From Congregibacter sp. (lineage in GTDB: Bacteria; Pseudomonadota; Gammaproteobacteria; Pseudomonadales; Halieaceae), in NCBI GenBank assembly GCA_042094525.1, contig JBELDB010000001.1, positions 13,539-72,406 on the forward strand: a stretch of DNA of 58,868 bases. The letters run 5' to 3'. Both the position numbers and the translations under genes were made by a program. How positions within the stretch are numbered: the stretch's first letter is position 1; each line of letters opens with the position of its first letter. The notes below the pieces were generated by a model. That model was not told the DNA's origin, did no database searches, and was given only the letters and a program-made list of their open reading frames with translations. This document shows positions 54,468 through 58,868 of the stretch, in pieces.

Positions 54468-55421
54468 ATGTCATCGAAAATGATGGTGTTTACAGGCAAC
54501 GCCAACCCCGCGCTGGCTCGCAAGGTTGCGGACCGGCTTTACCTTTCTATGGGCCATGCGGACGTCAGCAAGTTCTCCGATGGTGAGATCACCGTTGAGC
54601 TGAACGAGAACGTTCGGGGCAAAGACGTGTTTGTGCTGCAAAGCACCTGTCACCCAACCAATGACAATATCATCGAGCTGCTGCTCATGATCGATGCCCT
54701 GCGCCGCGCTTCGGCAGGCCGCATCACGGCTGTGGTGCCCTACTTTGGCTATGCGCGTCAGGACCGACGGGTCCGCTCGGCCCGCGTGCCGATTTCCGCC
54801 AAAGTGGTCGGCGATACCATGGTGGGTGTGGGCGTAGATCGCGTGCTTACCGTCGACCTGCACGCCGAGCAAATTCAGGGCTTTTTTACCGTTCCGGTTG
54901 ATAACGTATATGCGTCCCCGATTCTAAACGCCGATATTGTGCGCTGCGATTACGAGAACCTTATCGTCGTGTCCCCTGATATCGGCGGCGTGGTGAGGGC
55001 CCGCGCAATCGCGAAACAATTGGACGATGCCGACCTGGCCATCATCGACAAGCGCCGTCCGCGTGCCAACGAAGCCGAAGTCATGAACCTGATTGGAGAT
55101 GTAGAGGGCCGCACCGCCATTCTGGTTGACGACATGGTGGATACTGCAGGCACTTTGTGCACCGCGGCCAATGCGCTCAAGGAACGCGGGGCATTGCAGG
55201 TGGTGTCTTATTGCACGCATGCCGTTTTATCGGGCAAGGCCCTAGAAAACATCAAGAATTCGCAGCTCGATGAGTTAGTGGTCACGGACACCATTCCATT
55301 GTCGAGTGAGGCGCTGGCGATCGGTAAGATTCGGCAGCTGACGATTGCTGACTTACTAGCCGAATCCATTCGCCGAGTCAGCAACGAAGAATCTATTAGC
55401 GCACTGTTTGATCTGTCTTAA
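54468..55421 (+). CDS. prs: Ribose-phosphate pyrophosphokinase
   Basis: [31 protein letters not shown]. Confidence 0.98.
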   Translation: MSSKMMVFTGNANPALARKVADRLYLSMGHADVSKFSDGEITVELNENVRGKDVFVLQSTCHPTNDNIIELLLMIDALRRASAGRITAVVPYFGYARQDRRVRSARVPISAKVVGDTMVGVGVDRVLTVDLHAEQIQGFFTVPVDNVYASPILNADIVRCDYENLIVVSPDIGGVVRARAIAKQLDDADLAIIDKRRPRANEAEVMNLIGDVEGRTAILVDDMVDTAGTLCTAANALKERGALQVVSYCTHAVLSGKALENIKNSQLDELVVTDTIPLSSEALAIGKIRQLTIADLLAESIRRVSNEESISALFDLS

Positions 55422-55438
55422 GCAGTGTTTTACCCATC

Positions 55439-55469
55439 CACCACCGCGTCGGTCGCAGGCAGAGTGGTG
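55439..55469 (+). promoter_or_regulatory. Probable L25 (rplY) leader hairpin
   Basis: CACCAC/GTGGTG stem enclosing GGTCGC, just before the AAGGAG RBS; resembles gammaproteobacterial L25 leaders from memory. Confidence 0.5.
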
Positions 55470-55488
55470 CTAAAAAAGGAGCCAGACC

Positions 55489-56202
55489 ATGTCTGACTTT
55501 GTTGTTATTGCAGAGGCGCGAGCCGATCAGGGGAAAGGTGCGAGCCGCCGCCTGCGTCGACTCGAGGGTAAACTACCCGCCGTCATTTATGGGGCGAATA
55601 AACCCGCCCAGAGCCTTACGCTGGTCCGCAAAGATTTCGAGCACATGCTGGAAAACGAAGCCTGCTTCAGTTCCATTCTAGAAGTGCAGGTCGGTGGCGA
55701 ATCTGAAAACGCCATCATCAAGGACATCCAGCGTCATCCCGCAAAAGGCTTTCCCATGCACGCCGACTTCCTTCGTATCCGAATGGATCAGGCGATCAAG
55801 GTGAATGTGCCTTTGCACTTCGTTAACGAAGAGGAATGCGCTGGGGTCAAGCTCGAAGGCGGCATGATTCAGAAGCAGGCCACGGATATCGAAGTTCAGT
55901 GTCTGCCCAAGGATCTCCCGGAATATCTCGAAGTCGATATGCTCGAGGTCGAAATGGGCCAGATCGTCCACTTGTCCGATATCACGCTCCCTGAAGGCGT
56001 CATCTCTACCGCGCTGGAACAGGGCGAAGAGTACGATCTGACGATTGCATCGGTTGTTGCGCCGAGAGCCGTGAAAGAAGAAGAGGCCGAAGACGCCGAG
56101 GCAGATGGCGAAACCGACGGTGAAGCCGAAGGTGATGGCGATGCAGGTGATAGCGCCGAGGCGGCATCATCTGATGACGCCGGAGACGGCAGCGAGGACT
56201 GA
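55489..56202 (+). CDS. rplY: 50S ribosomal protein L25/Ctc (long form, acidic tail)
   Basis: GKGASRRLR, PAVIYG, QRHP, HADF, VPLHF. Confidence 0.96.
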   Translation: MSDFVVIAEARADQGKGASRRLRRLEGKLPAVIYGANKPAQSLTLVRKDFEHMLENEACFSSILEVQVGGESENAIIKDIQRHPAKGFPMHADFLRIRMDQAIKVNVPLHFVNEEECAGVKLEGGMIQKQATDIEVQCLPKDLPEYLEVDMLEVEMGQIVHLSDITLPEGVISTALEQGEEYDLTIASVVAPRAVKEEEAEDAEADGETDGEAEGDGDAGDSAEAASSDDAGDGSED

Positions 56203-56209
56203 TTAGACC

Positions 56210-56818
56210 TTGTCTGCCATCCGACTCATCGTCGGGCTTGGCAATCCCGGCACGCAATACGAAGGCACTCGGCATAATGCCGGTGCCTTTTTTGTGCGCC
56301 GTCTTGCCACGCAATTCGGGTTAACGCTGACCGCTGACCGCAATGCACTGGGCGAGTCGGCACGCGGCACTATTGCCGGTCACGACCTGCGGCTGCTGAT
56401 TCCAGAGACCTTCATGAATGAAAGTGGTCGATCGGTCGCAGCCATGGCGCGCTACTACCGTATTGAACCCGATTCGATTCTCATCGCCCACGACGAGCTC
56501 GATATCCCTCCGGGCGAATCCCGATTCAAGTACGACGGCGGGCACGGTGGGCATAACGGCCTCAGGGATATCATCCCAGCGCTGAGTGGGCACCGCGACT
56601 TTTGGCGATTACGCATTGGCATCGGTCACCCTGGCTCAGCCAAAAAGGTGTCTGGCTGGGTACTGAGCAAGGCTTCAGCGGCTGACCAAATCGCCATCCA
56701 AGCCAGTACCGAAGCTGCTATGGGAGCGCTGCCACTGCTCCTTGACGGTGAGGATGTAAAAGCCATGACGTCGCTGCACAGCGAGAGCTATGCGGCCACG
56801 CCGTCTCAAGAGGATTAA
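56210..56818 (+). CDS. pth: Peptidyl-tRNA hydrolase
   Basis: GLGNPG, TRHNAG, HDELD, GGHNG, RLRIGIG. Confidence 0.97.
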   Translation: MSAIRLIVGLGNPGTQYEGTRHNAGAFFVRRLATQFGLTLTADRNALGESARGTIAGHDLRLLIPETFMNESGRSVAAMARYYRIEPDSILIAHDELDIPPGESRFKYDGGHGGHNGLRDIIPALSGHRDFWRLRIGIGHPGSAKKVSGWVLSKASAADQIAIQASTEAAMGALPLLLDGEDVKAMTSLHSESYAATPSQED

Positions 56819-56823
56819 TTAGC

Positions 56824-57918
56824 ATGGGTATTCAATGTGGCATCGTCGGTTTACCGAATGTCGGTAAATCCACCTTGTTCAACGCGCTCACACAAGCGGG
56901 CATCGATGCGGAGAATTTCCCGTTCTGTACCATCGAGCCTAACACCGGTGTTGTGCCAGTCCCGGATCCGCGACAAGGACAGATTGCCGCTTTGGTGAAT
57001 CCAGAGCGGAACATTCCTGCGACGATGGAGTTTGTCGACATTGCAGGCTTGGTTGCGGGCGCGTCAAAAGGCGAGGGTCTGGGCAATCAGTTTCTGGCGA
57101 ATATTCGTGAAACCGACGCCATCGCCCATGTTGTTCGCTGCTTCGAAGATCCCAATGTGATTCACGTCGCGAACAAAATTGATCCTTTGGCGGATATTGA
57201 AACGATCAATACCGAGCTTGCGCTTGCGGATCTTGAGTCCTGCGAGAAACAGCTCTCTAAAGTGGTTCGTACGGCAAAGAGCGGTGACAAGGAAGCGATT
57301 GCGCTCAAGGCGCTCCTCGAGGAAAAGTTGCTGCCACAGTTAAATGAAGCCCAGCCGGTTCGCGCACTGACCCTTGATGACAATGACTGGGCGCGTGTCA
57401 AAACCCTCCACCTGTTAACCACCAAACCGACGATGTATATCGCCAATGTCGCTGAAGATGGCTTCGAGAATAACCCTCATCTAGAGGCAGTGCGGGCGCA
57501 TGCAGCCGCCGAGAAAGCGGGGGTGGTGGTGATCTGCAACAAACTCGAATCCGAAATTATCGAGCTGGCCGAGGAAGAGAAAATCGACTTCCTCGCTGAA
57601 ATGGGCATGGAAGAGCCGGGTCTCAACCGCGTCATCCGCGCGGGCTATGAGTTACTCAAACTCCAGACTTACTTCACGGCGGGGCCCAGTGAGGTCCGCG
57701 CTTGGACGATCCGCGTCGGCTCCACAGCGCCCGAGGCGGCGGCGGTTATTCATACCGATTTTCAGAAGGGCTTCATTCGCGCCGAAGTGATTGGATTTGA
57801 AGACTACGTAACGCATCGCGGCGAGCAAGGCGCTAAAGACGCGGGCCGCTGGCGATTGGAAGGCAAGGAATACGTGGTCGCGGACGGCGATGTCATTCAC
57901 TTCCGCTTCAACGTCTAA
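56824..57918 (+). CDS. ychF: Redox-regulated ATPase YchF
   Basis: [33 protein letters not shown]. Confidence 0.98.
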   Translation: MGIQCGIVGLPNVGKSTLFNALTQAGIDAENFPFCTIEPNTGVVPVPDPRQGQIAALVNPERNIPATMEFVDIAGLVAGASKGEGLGNQFLANIRETDAIAHVVRCFEDPNVIHVANKIDPLADIETINTELALADLESCEKQLSKVVRTAKSGDKEAIALKALLEEKLLPQLNEAQPVRALTLDDNDWARVKTLHLLTTKPTMYIANVAEDGFENNPHLEAVRAHAAAEKAGVVVICNKLESEIIELAEEEKIDFLAEMGMEEPGLNRVIRAGYELLKLQTYFTAGPSEVRAWTIRVGSTAPEAAAVIHTDFQKGFIRAEVIGFEDYVTHRGEQGAKDAGRWRLEGKEYVVADGDVIHFRFNV

Positions 57919-57921
57919 GCG

Positions 57922-58868
57922 CTACCCGGTTGAGAGCGCTCGACTGATGGCGGCCCGCGTCTCCTCAGGCTGGATGACTGCGTCAATTTCCAGATAGCTG
58001 GCGGCCTCTACGGCGCGACCCTTGTCGTACATCTCTGCAAGTAACTTATCGAACAGGGCCTGTCGTGCCCCCTCGTCTGGCGCCTCGGCGAGCTCCTGAC
58101 GAAAGCCAAGATGAACCGCCCCCTCTAAGCCCATGGCACCGAATTCTCCCTGCGGCCAACTCACCGCATAACGAGGCACCTCGAAGGAGCCCCCAGTCAT
58201 AGCCATAGCCCCCAGCCCGTAAGCACGACGCAAAAAGACGGCCACAATAGGCTGAGTCAGCGTGGCGCCGGCGATAAACAGATCTGACATCAACCGTGGA
58301 GCACCCTCAGCCTCGCTATCGGGCCCCACCATGAACCCGGGCGTGTCGATCAGTGAAACGACGGGCAGGCGCCACCTTTCAGCAAGCTGATACAGTGCGG
58401 CTGCCTTGCTCGCAGACTCGCCATCGATTGCCCCACCGAGATGACGACAGTCACTCGCAAGCACCGCGACGGCATGCCCCTCCACTCGCGCAAGACCCGT
58501 GACAATCGCTCGCCCCATATCCCGACGCGTCTCGATGAAAGACTCCTGATCAAAGAGGTGCCGTATGATCTTACGCACGTCGAAGGCATAACGCCGATTA
58601 GTGGGCATCAGGGCCGCCAATTCTGACTGATCGGCTGCTTCCCACTCTGGCAAAGGGCCTTGCACACTGGCGAGGACTCGTTTGGCCAGCAAAGTTGCCT
58701 CGGCCTCATCAGCCGCGACAATATCGACAACCCCATTCTTACGATGCACAGCAACGGGACCAATGTCCTGCGGTTTCCAGGCCCCGAGGCCTCCACCCTC
58801 AATCATCGCCGGACCCGCCATACCGATGCAGCTCGCCTCGGTCGCGATGCGAAGATCAGCCGCACCAA
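57922..58868 (-). CDS. Acyl-CoA carboxylase carboxyltransferase domain, C-terminal part (5' end outside window)
   Basis: GMAGPAMIEGGGLG, GVVD, DTPGFMVGP, AYGLG, GAMGLEGAV; frame open to window edge. Confidence 0.88.
   Translation of the reverse strand, partial: GAADLRIATEASCIGMAGPAMIEGGGLGAWKPQDIGPVAVHRKNGVVDIVAADEAEATLLAKRVLASVQGPLPEWEAADQSELAALMPTNRRYAFDVRKIIRHLFDQESFIETRRDMGRAIVTGLARVEGHAVAVLASDCRHLGGAIDGESASKAAALYQLAERWRLPVVSLIDTPGFMVGPDSEAEGAPRLMSDLFIAGATLTQPIVAVFLRRAYGLGAMAMTGGSFEVPRYAVSWPQGEFGAMGLEGAVHLGFRQELAEAPDEGARQALFDKLLAEMYDKGRAVEAASYLEIDAVIQPEETRAAISRALSTG

Noticed and set aside
56070-56202. Low-complexity GAA/GAC/GGC-rich tract
   Set aside because: Encodes the acidic tail common in Ctc-type L25; not a DNA repeat array

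Overview
Core-genome window of a gammaproteobacterium, roughly 55-60% GC by eye. Gene order is Pseudomonas-like; an OM60/NOR5-type (Halieaceae) marine organism is my inference, not a database result. It is almost entirely housekeeping: start of the dcw cluster (mraZ-rsmH-ftsL-ftsI-murE partial), RNase P RNA, rsmI/lpoA-yraN-SIS-dolP, rplM-rpsI, an SMR transporter, petA plus a fused cytochrome b/c1 gene, sspAB, zapE/zapG, nif3, degS, mlaC-ibaG-murA-hisG-hisD, yrbG-kdsDC-lptCAB-rpoN-hpf-ptsN-rapZ-npr-mgtE-darP, mreBCD-maf-yhdP, gatCAB, smrA, cysZ, rhlB, a MATE pump, hemA-prfA-prmC-moeB, TPR-lolB-ispE-tRNA-Gln-prs-rplY-pth-ychF and a partial acyl-CoA carboxylase. I see no mobile element, prophage, CRISPR array or defence island, and I cannot support a claim of a wholly new multi-gene system. 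The most interesting points are: a single-ORF cytochrome b-c1 fusion keeping an internal signal peptide; a probable AUU start for mreC; an inverted sigma54 site just upstream of rpoN; an SxQ instead of SxN motif in PBP3; a catalytically degenerate DiaA/GmhA-like protein; a 10-bp phased MraZ operator with an IHF site; and clean absences of rng, tldD/pmbA and mlaFED/B from their usual positions. Several start codons were adjusted from the ORF track.
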